DNA of 36,308 bases from Stramenopiles sp. TOSAG23-2 (GCA_900128395.1 LT649338.1:1-36308); one strand, 5' to 3'. Counted from the stretch's first letter, positions 11,623-23,827 are shown. The notes: generated from the sequence alone by a model not told the origin. Made by a program: numbers and translations.

Positions 11623-14081
11623 ATGGCTGAGGATGGAGGTGTAGAAATGGAAGGTATGGATACTTCTCCAAATGTTTCTAGCATGGGAGAAGATATTGGT
11701 TCCGACAGGCGTCAGTCGTCACACGGTACTTTCCGTAGAAGCCTCACAATGGATGGTCATTCTGGTCATGCATGGTATAAAAAGGCAGGACAGACAACTT
11801 GGTGGATTTCGTACATACTTACCGGATTTTTTGTTGTTGGTACTGGAAATTTTTTCACCGCAACAATGAGAGTAGATGCTAGATATACTGCAGCATATCA
11901 AATATTGTTGGCTGTATATGAACTACTTTGGCATCCATTTGCGGGGTATATAGTGGATGCTGAAATCGGTCAATCAGCTATGAATAGGTGTGGCTTATCG
12001 CGTAGAAAGTGTGGGAGACGCGTGCCATATTTTGTCACAAGCAATTTACTTGTCCTCCTCTTAGGTTTCTTCACATGGAGACCAATATCGTTAGGTGGCA
12101 ATGATAAATGGGCAACAATGGCCACTAAAATCGAACCGGATCGACGTTTACACGGTTATGAATTTGCTCAATATCAATATTATGGAGACGATATAAAGCC
12201 ATGGCCAAGTAATGGATTGATGACATCAAATGGTTTTGACTGTTCAAAAAAATTAAGAGTATTTACTAAAAATGGTACTAGTGATACTTCGGTGTTTAAT
12301 TTTAACGTAACAAGAAATACTGGAACGGCAACTGAAGTTCCAATGTATGGGAGTAACATGTGTGAAGCACTTGTTTCAAAAAGGTCTGTATGTTGGCCTG
12401 GACCTATAGGTGCAGAAGTTGAAGGCGATGGAGGTAAACGTGTATGTGCATATATGGCACATCAACGTTTGGCAAACCATTTCTTTATCTTATCGTTGCT
12501 TGTTTATATGTTTTCATCGCCTGGTGCACGTTCAGCCGCAGCAAGTACAATTGAAGTCTATCCATGGAAAGAGGAACGGATGCAATTAAAATCATATAGT
12601 CCATTTATTGGTGGATTTTCATTTACATTATATTTAACCATGAATTCAATTATCACTTCGACTAATGAACATACAACAGCTCCAACCGGGTAAGTTTATA
12701 TAACGTAAATCATGTGTATATATATATATATATATATATATTGATACATACACATAAAAGAACCGACTCTAACAAGACATCACAATTACAAAACACGAAA
12801 AACACATTATCATATATATAATATATATATATATTCGTATATATATACAGCGCGATTGGACTTCGCAATACGATTGCTATCGTTTATCCAATATACAATT
12901 TGATTAGTTTTTTTAGTGTTCCTGCTATGAAGGATGCAAAACAAGTAACAAAAATTGATGAAAAACCAAGTAACATTTTGGCAGAGTATTATGATATTCT
13001 TACATGCCCTTCTTGTTTCTATGTTCGATGGATGTGGATATTAGGCTTTCCAATAGGTATATATGGATCGTATTGGATCAATACCATTTTGTATTGGTTA
13101 TTTATTTCGTATGGATTGGCCCAAGAAGACTATGGTATCTTTGCCGTTATCTCTGGATTTACAGGGTTGATTGTATCGTGCTGTTGCAATTGTTTCTGGG
13201 GCATTGGTTATTTTGGTAAAAAGTCAAAGAAAGGTAGGGAATATTCTATAAATCCACGGAATTATGCAATAGCTTTTACAGTGATTGCATATGCTATTAG
13301 TCAAACCGTTTATTGGACGTTATATCGACCTCTTGATCGACAGACTTTGTTGGATGGTGGAAAAAATGACTGGGTAAAATTGTATTTAGGTGGTGTGATT
13401 ACAGGCTTTTGGGGATTTCCTCAAAGTTATTGGTCATCTGCTGCATGGCAATGGGCAATTGATTTTGACAACCAATCAAGACATAAAAAAGGCCATAAAC
13501 GCAGGGAAGCGGTGATTGGCGCATTATCCGCAACCATTAGTGCTGTATGCACTGTTATTGGTCGCGCCATCGCACAATCTCTTTTTTTGGGCAATAATCC
13601 ATTATGTGATACTACACTTCAACCAGGATATCAAAAAGAAGAATGTTATATGACTTTGTATTACTCGTACTTTTATCCTACGTTGTTTCTATTCCCATTT
13701 GGATTAGCTGGCATGTATTTCTACCCTATAAAAGGGGAAAAATTGAAACAATTGTATCGAAAACAAGGTGATTATCAAGATGCTATCCAACATACCGATT
13801 CATGGGCAACAGTCGTACAAGCCACGCCAACGCCAATTCAAACGCTTAATCCATCCAATGTTAGCATTGTTCAGCAAAATTCTCAACCTGGTGTTGTGCA
13901 ACCGGTTGTTGGTAACCCTCTTGTTGTTCAACAGGTTGTTAAACAAACCGTCCCTGTTACAATACCTGAAGGTGCAGAACCGGGTATGGTATTAGAGATT
14001 CCATTGAGCAATGGTACTAAATTGAAATTTGAGGTCCCACAAGATAAAAAACCAGGTGATGTTTGTCAAGTTCCAGTTTAG
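11623..14081 (+). CDS. GPH/MFS_2-like transporter; exons 11623-12689 and 12851-14081 (~765 aa)
   Basis: ELLWHPFAGYIVD...CGRRVPY resembles the GPH motif DP..G.LSD...GRRRP; many TM segments; the intron joins the two ORFs in frame (APTG/AIGLRN). Confidence 0.75.
12690..12850 (+). other. Spliceosomal intron (161 bp, GTAAGT...TACAG)
   Basis: Canonical sites, TA-rich interior, frame preserved. Confidence 0.9.
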
Positions 14082-14693
14082 TTTCTATATCTGAAGTACC
14101 ATACATACGAGAAAAAAAATGATATATATAATAAAAAAATATAATAAATATTTGCGTTTTGAATAAAACCAAAAATATTTAATATAATATATGATACGCA
14201 CACATATACTCGTATATAATAAAAAAAAATGAAAAAGTAAGGACAAGTGAGGCTAAATTATATATATATATCATAAGCTTAAATTAATTATTTAGATATA
14301 TTGTACCACATTTAAATTAAGGTAAAAACGTGGTAAAGTATATTATTTAGAATACATATGGAACACTAATATTCCTATATATCTCAAATTGCTAAATTTT
14401 TTGAATTTTGATTTACTTTTTTTGGCACAAAAATAATAAGCACTGATGTGCACATTGTAACATCATAACACGTATTAGTATTGAGAAAAACACATATATA
14501 TATATTAGATATTCAGATAGATATATACATATACATCCATATATACATATACATATATATATATATAATTGATAAGATACATTTATTATTTAACGTCCAT
14601 ACTGAAAAAGATCTCTCTTTTTCTTTCTCTGCAAACGCACGCACACATACACACACACACACACACCAAGAACAAAAAGATTATATCAAAACC

Positions 14694-16076
14694 ATGCCAC
14701 GTGAAATTATTACTTTGCAAGCTGGACAATGTGGGAATCAAATTGGTAGTGAATTTTGGAAAAAGTTATGTCAAGAACATGGTATATCAGAGGAAGGACA
14801 ATTACAAGATTTCGCAACTGCTGGGAATGATAGAAAAGATGTATTTTTTTACCAAGCGGATGATGAACATTATATACCACGTGCGTTATTAATGGATTTA
14901 GAACCACGTGTATTAAACTCGATACAAAACTCTGCATATAAAAATTTATTTAATCCAGAAAATTTCTTCGTTGCTAAAGAAGGTGGTGGTGCTGGTAATA
15001 ACTGGGCAAGTGGATATAGTCAAGGTGAACGTTTACATGAAGATCTAATGGAAATGATCGATCGCGAAGCGGATAATAGTGATAGTCTAGAAGGTTTTCA
15101 ATTATGCCATTCCATTGCTGGTGGTACTGGATCTGGTATGGGCTCGTATTTATTAGAAAATTTAAATGATCATTTTCCAAAAAAATTAATACAAACATAT
15201 TCCGTATTTCCAAATACAGATGCATCACAAAGTGATGTTGTTGTACAGCCATATAATTCTTTATTAACGTTAAAACGTTTAACATTAAATGCTGATGCAG
15301 TTGTCGTATTGGATAATACGGCATTGAATCAAATTGCTGTAGATCGTTTAAGAATTCCAAATCCATCTGTTGGTCAATTGAATTCATTGGTATCGACTGT
15401 CATGGCAGCAAGTACGACTACGTTGAGATATCCTGGATATATGAATAATGATTTAATTGGTTTAGTAGCAAGTTTAATACCAACACCACGTATGCACTTT
15501 TTAATGACTGGGTATACACCAATGACGGCAGAGCATAAAGTCAGTCGTGTACGTAAAACAACTGTATTAGATGTTATGAGACGTTTGTTGCAACCTAAAA
15601 ATATTATGGTTAGTTCGAATACAAGAAAGGGATGTTATGTTTCAATTTTAAATATCATTCAAGGTGATGTTGATCCAACACAAGTACATAAAAGTTTACA
15701 ACGTATTAGAGAACGTAAATTATGTCGTTTTATTCCATGGGGACCAGCATCTATTCAAGTAGCATTATCAAAACAATCACCCTATGTAGAACATCAACAT
15801 AAAGTTAGTGGTTTGATGCTTGCAAATCATACAAGTATTGCAGGTTTATTTGCTAGAACGTTGAAACAATATGATTTATTAAGAAAAAGAAATGCATTTT
15901 TAGAAGTATATCGTAAAGAAAGAATGTTTCAAGATGGTTTGGAAGAATTTGATAGTGCAAGGGAAATTGTTGATCAATTACGAAAAGAATATGTTGCATG
16001 TGAAAAGTCTAATTATGTAGATTATGGTTCAAATAATAGTGATGGATTTGATGATAGTATTGTATTAGATGATTAA
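14694..16076 (+). CDS. TUBG1: Gamma-tubulin (intronless)
   Basis: [45 protein letters not shown]; true start is ATG 14694. Confidence 0.97.
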   Translation: MPREIITLQAGQCGNQIGSEFWKKLCQEHGISEEGQLQDFATAGNDRKDVFFYQADDEHYIPRALLMDLEPRVLNSIQNSAYKNLFNPENFFVAKEGGGAGNNWASGYSQGERLHEDLMEMIDREADNSDSLEGFQLCHSIAGGTGSGMGSYLLENLNDHFPKKLIQTYSVFPNTDASQSDVVVQPYNSLLTLKRLTLNADAVVVLDNTALNQIAVDRLRIPNPSVGQLNSLVSTVMAASTTTLRYPGYMNNDLIGLVASLIPTPRMHFLMTGYTPMTAEHKVSRVRKTTVLDVMRRLLQPKNIMVSSNTRKGCYVSILNIIQGDVDPTQVHKSLQRIRERKLCRFIPWGPASIQVALSKQSPYVEHQHKVSGLMLANHTSIAGLFARTLKQYDLLRKRNAFLEVYRKERMFQDGLEEFDSAREIVDQLRKEYVACEKSNYVDYGSNNSDGFDDSIVLDD

Positions 16077-16235
16077 AAGGTTTATGAAAAAGAGAGGGGG
16101 GGTGTACTAGATCCAATAGCAACAAGATAATAAATATAATAATTTATTAAAATATCATATCATTATAATATATATGATATATCATAAGTATGCATATTAT
16201 GATATATAAATTATAAAATATATATACATAAGAGA

Positions 16236-16832
16236 CTAAAAATATTTACTTTTATTAACATTATCTCTATTTGTTTTTTGGCAAATACTATCTTTCTTAC
16301 TGGTTTTCTTATTTATATTTACATGAAAGTATTTACTATACGTTCCAATACACATCTTTTTCATTATTCTTCTTAATGTTTTACTAGCTTTATTTCTATT
16401 GTCTAATGTATTCCAAAAATGACTAACTCCACTCGGGTGCGGCAAAATCACCCCCCTTGATAAATGTTGCAAATGATCTTCCTTGGATAAATAAACTTCT
16501 TTAAATAATCTTGGCCGTTTTATTTCAAACGCTTTTGCTACATTCAATCCTAAAAATACCACCAATCTATATTTATCTAGATCCATTTGTTTTGCCAATA
16601 TCCTAGCTTTTTGCATATCAAATTGATCCCCTTTACTATGTCGCATTTTACCGGGGAAATGCTTAAAGATATTTTTCTTATCAAAGTATTTATTTAGTTG
16701 TTTCTTTGAAAGTCCACACAGTTTTTCTAATCTTTTTGAACTCTTTCCAATTAATGGTTCTTTTTGACCATGAAATGCTGGTGCTTGGCCAATAAATATT
16801 GCCTGCTTCATAGATATTTTATATTTTCCCAT
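16236..16832 (-). CDS. Uracil-DNA glycosylase superfamily protein
   Basis: IFIGQAP...LIGKSSKRL (cf. GEAP..F.G.AG..L), VVFLG..VA and LPHPSG motifs. Confidence 0.75.
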   Translation of the reverse strand: MGKYKISMKQAIFIGQAPAFHGQKEPLIGKSSKRLEKLCGLSKKQLNKYFDKKNIFKHFPGKMRHSKGDQFDMQKARILAKQMDLDKYRLVVFLGLNVAKAFEIKRPRLFKEVYLSKEDHLQHLSRGVILPHPSGVSHFWNTLDNRNKASKTLRRIMKKMCIGTYSKYFHVNINKKTSKKDSICQKTNRDNVNKSKYF

Positions 16833-17286
16833 GATATATATACATATTGAAGTTATATATATATATGTATGTATGTGTATATATGTATCTTCTGTATTAT
16901 TATTATTCTTTTTTAACTTTTTTTATATATTATATTAAATATTTTTTAGTGTAATATATACTGTAGTGTGTGTAATAATTATTACATGTAGACGAGACGG
17001 TAAAGAAAGAAATACACTCTGAAAAAGAAAAATACTGGGAGAACGCGTCGCGTATAAAAATCAATAACAAGGTATTTAATATAAACAATACGTTGTATTT
17101 CTTCTCACTCTTTTTTTGAACGAACGCGCATATATAATATTTTTATTCCTTTTTTACTTTCTTCACAGATCTCTTGGTACATGTTAATGTCTTCCATGAA
17201 GTAAAAGATATTTTTAAAACATTTTACAAAAGCGTATTCCATATTTATCTCTGTTCTCTTCTTCTTCTATGCATACTACTTCTGTT

Positions 17287-18351
17287 TTAACTTGAAGTTG
17301 TATATACATTTATCATATCAAATCGTTGTACTAATATGCAAAATACAACAAACGAAAAGATAAATACACAGATATCATCTAATATACCACGAAGGTGATT
17401 CATTAATTGTACTATTGATGCTATACTACCAGCGTTGTCTGATGATTCGACACTTAACATTGGAAAGTATCTAATTCGTAATATATAAAATAATGTTTGT
17501 ACAACTAAACGTAGAAAAATAATTGCAAAACCAATATTTTGTATTGGAAAAGATTCCATAGATGAATAAATCAATACGCCAAAAGGTTGCTGCTCTCTAT
17601 TGTCAATATTATTATTATTATTGTTATTAGATTCTTGTCCATCTTGAAGATCAGCAATTTTAGTAACAATCAATATATTTACAACAATAAATGCGAATAA
17701 TACTTGTATCCATGTACAACAAAACTCCTCTGTTTTATTAAATTTTTCATAATTTTTTTTACGATTCATAACACTTGATCTAGCAGCTAAAGATGTTTCT
17801 TTCGAAACAGAACTAGAAGTATTATTACTTTTATTATCATTATTTTCATCAGATTCTTTTTCTTCTTCGTTTACTCTTTTTTTACGTGCTCGTCTTCGAA
17901 ATGAACTTGAAAATGTAGCAGATCTTGAAGCTGTCCATGTTTCCTGTCGTAGAAATTTTACATCCGCTTCATCATCCACATTATCACTGTTTTTTTCCTT
18001 TTTTTCTTCTTTTACTTTGTCACTATCTACAACATTTGCTGTAGCTGGCATTTTATTTCCTTTCTCAGTTTCTGTTTTCTCAAGCTTTATGCTTGATAAG
18101 CTTTCTTCGTTATCAACATTATCATTACTGCTGATCGCGGATGAAGTTGATTCTAAGCTGTTTGTCATGAAACTTGGACGTTGTCTTCTACGTCGTCTAG
18201 GTTTCTTTTCACTATTATTCTCACCATTTACAGAATCAATATTTCCTTGTCCAGATACAACTGACATTCTAGCTTGACTTTTTGCTAATATTCTTTGCCT
18301 GCGACGTTCCGCCGCTCTTTTTGATTTATTCGCTGCATCCACATCACTCAT
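17287..18351 (-). CDS. GET2/CAML-like ER tail-anchored-protein insertase subunit
   Basis: N-terminal AERRRQRILAKSQARMSVVSG resembles the GET3-binding motif; disordered linker; three C-terminal TM segments. Confidence 0.7.
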   Translation of the reverse strand: MSDVDAANKSKRAAERRRQRILAKSQARMSVVSGQGNIDSVNGENNSEKKPRRRRRQRPSFMTNSLESTSSAISSNDNVDNEESLSSIKLEKTETEKGNKMPATANVVDSDKVKEEKKEKNSDNVDDEADVKFLRQETWTASRSATFSSSFRRRARKKRVNEEEKESDENNDNKSNNTSSSVSKETSLAARSSVMNRKKNYEKFNKTEEFCCTWIQVLFAFIVVNILIVTKIADLQDGQESNNNNNNNIDNREQQPFGVLIYSSMESFPIQNIGFAIIFLRLVVQTLFYILRIRYFPMLSVESSDNAGSIASIVQLMNHLRGILDDICVFIFSFVVFCILVQRFDMINVYTTSS

Positions 18352-18588
18352 TTTGTCTGAACTTTCTATCTTATCAACGATATATAATCTTTGTTAATAA
18401 TAGTTTCTTCTTTTGTATTATTCTATTTTGTATATCTATTAATTCATTTTTTTAATAGTTAGTATATATACATATATCTATAATATTATAATATATTTAG
18501 CACATAAATAGCATTATTATAAAGCATATTTTATATAATATAAAAAATATGTAATATACTCCCTCACACACATACTTGATTTACCACT

Positions 18589-21462
18589 TTACGTACTTTG
18601 CAATTGTTCAATTAATTTTTTTGCTTCCTTTAATTGATCTTCTAAATTACTTTTATCTTTTTCTAATCGTTGTATTCGTTGCCTTTGGATATCCCATTGA
18701 TTTGCCATGTCAATTACTTGTGTCGTAAATGCAGTTGTTTGACGTTGGATTTTTTTTGCATCTGATATTAATGTTTTAAATTTACCAGAATTAGTACCAG
18801 CTTCTTTTTCTACCTGTTTCCCTTTATTATCTAAACGTTGAATAATAGCATCAAGTTTGGTAACCATATCATTATTTCTTTCAGTTGAAGCTGTTTCAGC
18901 ATCTGCAATTGCTGACAATATTTTAGAATTACCCTTTCCAACATTAACATTATTATTGCTGTTGTTACCATCTTTCAAAATCGACGGTGATGGTGTATCA
19001 TTATCAATACGAAATCCATCATTGACTTTAAACAATGTTTGGGACACACCACGGACACTTTCAGACATTTCACTCTCTGAACGACTATGTATTGGTGAAC
19101 TTGGGGTATCTTCCTCTATACGCAAATCTGAATCTTTATCATTCTGACCAGGTGTTTCATATGTAACTTTAAAACGTTTCAATTGCATCGCAGGTGCAAC
19201 AAATACTTCGTCGTCTTCATCATCGTTGCTATACAACACATTATCCATTTGTAATTTTAATTTCGCTTCCTCTTCTTTTTTAATTAAATCTGCGGCTTCA
19301 TTTAACAATCCTATTTTCTCTTGTGCATCCAAATTCTCTGCCGCGGTGCTTTTCTTGAGCCCTTCGTCACTACCAGTACCATCTTCATCAAAACCTTCGG
19401 ATTTAGAGGAAATGTAACCATTGCTATTGTAGTCATCCTGATCGATCGTTATAATTTGTGATGGCGATGATTTACGAACTTCATCTCCAGACACTTCAAC
19501 TACTTCAAATCGACTTGCAGTGGCATTCGTAGCGGATGAGCCATCATCGATTTCATTAGTGGGTGTTTCAAGAAGGTTATTGTTTTCGTTCCTATTACCC
19601 TTACTATTATTTTGGGTATCATTCGTGGGTGATATGACTTTAAAGCGTGATCCGACAGCGTTATTGTTATTATCATTATTTGAATTGTCCGTTCTTTGTT
19701 GTGTGTCTGTCTCATTATCAATTACATCATCATTATAACTTGTGTCATTATCGATGATTATATTATCCGATTTATTATTATTTGGTTCATCTATTGGAAC
19801 CTTCTCTTCCACGATGGTAAATCTACCTACTTGGACTTCATTTGTTTCTTCTTCTTCTTCGCCATCTTCTTCTTTATTAATATTCTTATTGGCATTGTTA
19901 TCGTTGGGCGTAACTTCCATATTGTTAATGTTACTCAATCCTCTTTCTTCTAATGTATCAATTTGCAATGGTATCGCTGGTGGCTTTTCTTCTTCAACAA
20001 GTGTAAATCGTCCAACATTTGTAGTAGTAGTGGTAGTAGTATTACTACTCATGCTATTATTATTGTTATTATTATTATTGTTGTTGTTGTTGTTATTTGT
20101 TACAGTCTTCCCATTGTTTGATTTGCTTGTCACTTTTGATGTAGTAGATTGTACAGTAAAACGTCCGACATGTACAGGTTCCGTTGTTGTTGCTTTCTTG
20201 CCGTTATTAAGTGTACTTTGTGACGTATTTGATGATGATGATGCTACTGTTGTTGTTGCTGAACGCGCTGTAAAACGACCTACTTTTGCTACTGGTTCTT
20301 CAACTTTTGAAATATTAGTAGACTTACTTGAGTTGCTATTAACTGCATTTGAGGACGTATTTAATGTTGTTGTTGTTACTGCTGAACGTGCTGTAAAACG
20401 ACCTACTTTTGCTACTGGTTCTTCGACTGTTGAATTGTTATTAGTATTATTGCTATTGCTTGAGTTGTTATTATCAATTGAACGTGCTGTAAAACGACCT
20501 ACTTTCGCTACTGGTTCTTCGACTTTTGATATATTATTAGTATTATTATTATTATTATTTGAGATTTTAGTATCCACTGAACGTGCTGTAAAACGACCTA
20601 CTTTGGCTACTGGTTCCTCGACTTTTGAAATATTATTAGTATTATTGCTATTATTGATATTATTATTATTTGAGGTGTTAGTATCAACTGAACGTGCTGT
20701 AAAACGACCTACTTTTGCTACTGGTTCCTCGACTTTTGAAATATTGGTACTATTATTTTTCATCGCATTATTACTCTTTCCGTTGCTATCATCAACTGAA
20801 CGTGCTGTAAAACGACCAACTTTTGCTACCGGTTCTTCTACTTGTGAGATACTATTACTATTATTATTATTTTTAATCACATTATTATTACTATTCCTAT
20901 TGTTATTGTTATTCACGCTATTGTTGTTGTTTTTGCTATTTTGCTGATTCGAGTTTTTATCATTAATACTAGTATCCGTCATACTTCGAGTAGATATAGT
21001 AAAACGTCCAACTTTTTTTTCAACTGGTTGTGGTTCAGAAATATTCTTATTGTTCTTATTATTATTACCAGCCTTTGTCGCATTAGAGGAACTATTATTT
21101 CTGTAGTTATTGTTGTTACTATTATTACTATTATTATTGTTGTTATTATTATTCTTATTATTGTTATTATTGTTATTATTATTCTTATTATTCTTATTAT
21201 TGTTATTGTTTGCCACAACAACATTATTACTAGGTGTTGATGAATGTATTTTGAATCTACCAATATTTAAAACGCTAACATCTTCTTTAATACTACCATT
21301 TGATAATGCACTATAATCAAGACTTTTAGACGAGTCACCCTTGTTGTTGTTCTTGTTGTTGTTGTTATTATTACTTGAACTTTCACTTGTAGAACTAGAC
21401 CGTTTAGTAGCATTATTTACTGATGCAGCAATTGTAAATCTTCCAACTTTTTTTTCTTCCAT
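18589..21462 (-). CDS. Asn-rich disordered protein with 15 RFx-hydrophobic motifs and C-terminal coiled coil; the 3' end may be spliced
   Basis: 957-aa ORF with repeated (V/I)GRF(T/K)x; heptads in the last ~95 aa; GTACGT donor candidate at 18596. Confidence 0.85.
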   Translation of the reverse strand: MEEKKVGRFTIAASVNNATKRSSSTSESSSNNNNNNKNNNKGDSSKSLDYSALSNGSIKEDVSVLNIGRFKIHSSTPSNNVVVANNNNNKNNKNNNNNNNNNKNNNNNNNNSNNSNNNNYRNNSSSNATKAGNNNKNNKNISEPQPVEKKVGRFTISTRSMTDTSINDKNSNQQNSKNNNNSVNNNNNRNSNNNVIKNNNNSNSISQVEEPVAKVGRFTARSVDDSNGKSNNAMKNNSTNISKVEEPVAKVGRFTARSVDTNTSNNNNINNSNNTNNISKVEEPVAKVGRFTARSVDTKISNNNNNNTNNISKVEEPVAKVGRFTARSIDNNNSSNSNNTNNNSTVEEPVAKVGRFTARSAVTTTTLNTSSNAVNSNSSKSTNISKVEEPVAKVGRFTARSATTTVASSSSNTSQSTLNNGKKATTTEPVHVGRFTVQSTTSKVTSKSNNGKTVTNNNNNNNNNNNNNNSMSSNTTTTTTTNVGRFTLVEEEKPPAIPLQIDTLEERGLSNINNMEVTPNDNNANKNINKEEDGEEEEETNEVQVGRFTIVEEKVPIDEPNNNKSDNIIIDNDTSYNDDVIDNETDTQQRTDNSNNDNNNNAVGSRFKVISPTNDTQNNSKGNRNENNNLLETPTNEIDDGSSATNATASRFEVVEVSGDEVRKSSPSQIITIDQDDYNSNGYISSKSEGFDEDGTGSDEGLKKSTAAENLDAQEKIGLLNEAADLIKKEEEAKLKLQMDNVLYSNDDEDDEVFVAPAMQLKRFKVTYETPGQNDKDSDLRIEEDTPSSPIHSRSESEMSESVRGVSQTLFKVNDGFRIDNDTPSPSILKDGNNSNNNVNVGKGNSKILSAIADAETASTERNNDMVTKLDAIIQRLDNKGKQVEKEAGTNSGKFKTLISDAKKIQRQTTAFTTQVIDMANQWDIQRQRIQRLEKDKSNLEDQLKEAKKLIEQLQST
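20261..20845 (-). repeat. Six near-identical coding repeats (VEEPVAKVGRFTARS) separated by variable Asn/Ser/Thr spacers
   Basis: gaacgtgctgtaaaacgacctacttttgctactggttc core at about 20261, 20384, 20480, 20579, 20690 and 20798. Confidence 0.95.
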
Positions 21463-22196
21463 TTTCGATTATATTTATATTCTACTTTATATATATGTAT
21501 CGTATCTTCTTTTGTGTCTATCTGTGTGTGTGTGTGTGTGTATATATATATGCTTGTGCTTGTACATTTTATACGGCTACATGTACACACTTCAATATAT
21601 CTATCTATACATTATCGATAGATCCACATTAATTTTGTTTTTTTAGTTTACTGTAATAATCAGACCTCCCTACTCGCACTCCTCCAGCACTCTCCTCTGT
21701 GCTGTAATGCTGTAATTCATTTTAATTGGATTTTTTTTGGTACCTGATGGTATGGAAATTAGAAGACGAAAATAATATATTTATACCTTAAAAGGGAATT
21801 ATACCACAGCCATCTTTTATAGCCATTTATAGATCATATAATAGATATAAACGCGAAGAGACGGAGTACAGATGGTAAGCGAAGAGGCGCGGATCTCGAC
21901 TATCATATTCGTAGAGATATCTAGAAATGCTAACTTTTTTTACGAAGTAATTATATATATGTATAATAGCTTAATATATATACATATTTATTAAATGATA
22001 AAGAAATTATTTTTTATTTTATTTTTTACGCGAATAATATACTCTTTCAACTCTATCTCTCTCTCTCTCTCTTCTCTGTTTTTCTTTTGTGTGTGTGTGT
22101 GTGTGTGTGTGAATATCAAAGGTATGATATATTTTATACACAAGATATATCTCTTTTATACACAAGAGTCGAATATATTATGTACACGTACTCTTT

Positions 22197-23090
22197 TTAT
22201 GCAGTGGATGGTGCAGTTGCTGGAATATAATTACCAATAATTGGTGCTAATGCAATTAAACGATCTTGTGGGATTTTATCTCTTGCTGTCATGACGGAGC
22301 CACCACCAAATAATGCACCTTGTGCAGCTGGTTTATCACCTTTGTGTTCTGCTACTAATTTAATTGCTTCTGCTACAATTTTTTTAGCATTTGTTACATT
22401 AGCAGCTGCAGTTTTCATAACTTGTTCAACTGTTACAGATTCATGACCAGTTCTCCAACAATCATAATCAGTTGCCATTGAAATAGTTGCTAAACTAATT
22501 TCTGCTTCACGTGCTAAACGTGCTTCCGTCATATTTGTCATACCAATCACTTTAGCCCCCCAACTACGATGCATATTACTTTCAGCTTCAGTTGAAAATG
22601 CAGGTCCTTCCATATTCACATAAATACCACCCATGTGATATACAACACCGTCGACCTTTTTACAAGCAGATTCTAAATAACCACGCAATACATCGCATAA
22701 TGGCCTAGCAAATGGCACATGTGCAACAATTCCTTTTTCAAAAAAAGTTGCTGGTCTTTGCACGGTACGATCAATAAATTGATCAATAATAACCATATGA
22801 CCTGGTACAATTTCTTCTTGTAAACTTCCACAAGCAGTTACACTAATAATCCATTCAACACCAAGCATTTTCATACCCATGATATTTGCTCTGTAATTGA
22901 CTTCTGACGGATTGACAACATGTCCACGGCCATGCCTAGATAGAAATGCAACCTCAATACCATTTAACGTACCAACAATGTAATTATCACTTGGTTTCCC
23001 AAATGCAGTATCTAATGTTACCTCTCGTACATTTTCAATACCTTCCATATTGTATAAACCACTACCACCTATAACTCCTATTTTTGGCAT
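22197..23090 (-). CDS. MTAP: S-methyl-5'-thioadenosine phosphorylase
   Basis: IGVIGGSGLY, RHGRGH, VNYRANI, TACGSL, MEGPAFSTEAES, GMT..TEARLAREAE, TDYDCW. Confidence 0.95.
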   Translation of the reverse strand: MPKIGVIGGSGLYNMEGIENVREVTLDTAFGKPSDNYIVGTLNGIEVAFLSRHGRGHVVNPSEVNYRANIMGMKMLGVEWIISVTACGSLQEEIVPGHMVIIDQFIDRTVQRPATFFEKGIVAHVPFARPLCDVLRGYLESACKKVDGVVYHMGGIYVNMEGPAFSTEAESNMHRSWGAKVIGMTNMTEARLAREAEISLATISMATDYDCWRTGHESVTVEQVMKTAAANVTNAKKIVAEAIKLVAEHKGDKPAAQGALFGGGSVMTARDKIPQDRLIALAPIIGNYIPATAPSTA

Positions 23091-23827
23091 ATTTGTGTTT
23101 TCTTTTTGTGTGTATGTTTTCGTATTTTTCTTTTATAAAAATAAATAAATAATATACAATTCGATTGTCGTTTTGTATAATTGATTGTCGTATATGGATA
23201 TTGAAATATACCAACGGCAGTACAGTAAAAATATATCTATCTTCATCTGTGTAGGAAAAGATTCATCTTTTATGTGTGTGTATGTGGCTATGATGCATCA
23301 TGTGTGTGTTTATTTCTTAAGCCTGGTATATGCTGCTGTGGTATGCTAATGATGTGGTGTTTTGGTCTCGCGTCGTGAAACAACTTTTTTTTCAACAATA
23401 CTATTTCAATGCTATATCCTGGCTTTATCCAAATCCTTGGGGTTTTCGCAAACATTTTAATAATTCTACTACAATGCTGGAATGGCCTGAATCTATACTA
23501 AACTATATACTAAATCGATAGCTCAGCTATATAAATGAAATAAATTATTAGAAGAAGATGATTATTTTTTGGTGGTGCAAATATACGTTATAAATTTTAT
23601 TGGATTATCATAATAAAACAAACATACATACATGATGACAGAGAGGATGATGATGTGAATAAAACAAATGATTATATATTGCTTTGCATAAAATTTATAT
23701 GTAGAGGATAGACATTTGTCATAAGACATATACATATATCTTATATTTTCTTTTTGGAGGTTTCTATCTCTCTCCCTCTCTGTATATATATAAATATACA
23801 CACATATAGAATAACAACAGTGTGTTG

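Noticed and set aside
14481-14693. 71-aa N-terminal extension of gamma-tubulin
   Set aside because: Translated TA/CA microsatellites from a TTG; canonical MPREI starts at 14694
20261-20845. CRISPR-like repeat-spacer pattern
   Set aside because: Repeats are in-frame coding units with synonymous variation and low-complexity spacers; eukaryotic context; no cas genes
19742-20947. 401-aa Leu/Val-rich plus-strand ORF
   Set aside because: Antisense shadow of the AAT-rich repeat gene
18589-21462. KVGRF as a PP1-binding RVxF motif
   Set aside because: Two residues separate V and F, so the spacing does not fit; RFx-hydrophobic fits better
21850-21925. GC-richer intergenic patch with gcgaagag twice
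   Set aside because: No recognisable RNA family or supported exon; may be promoter DNA
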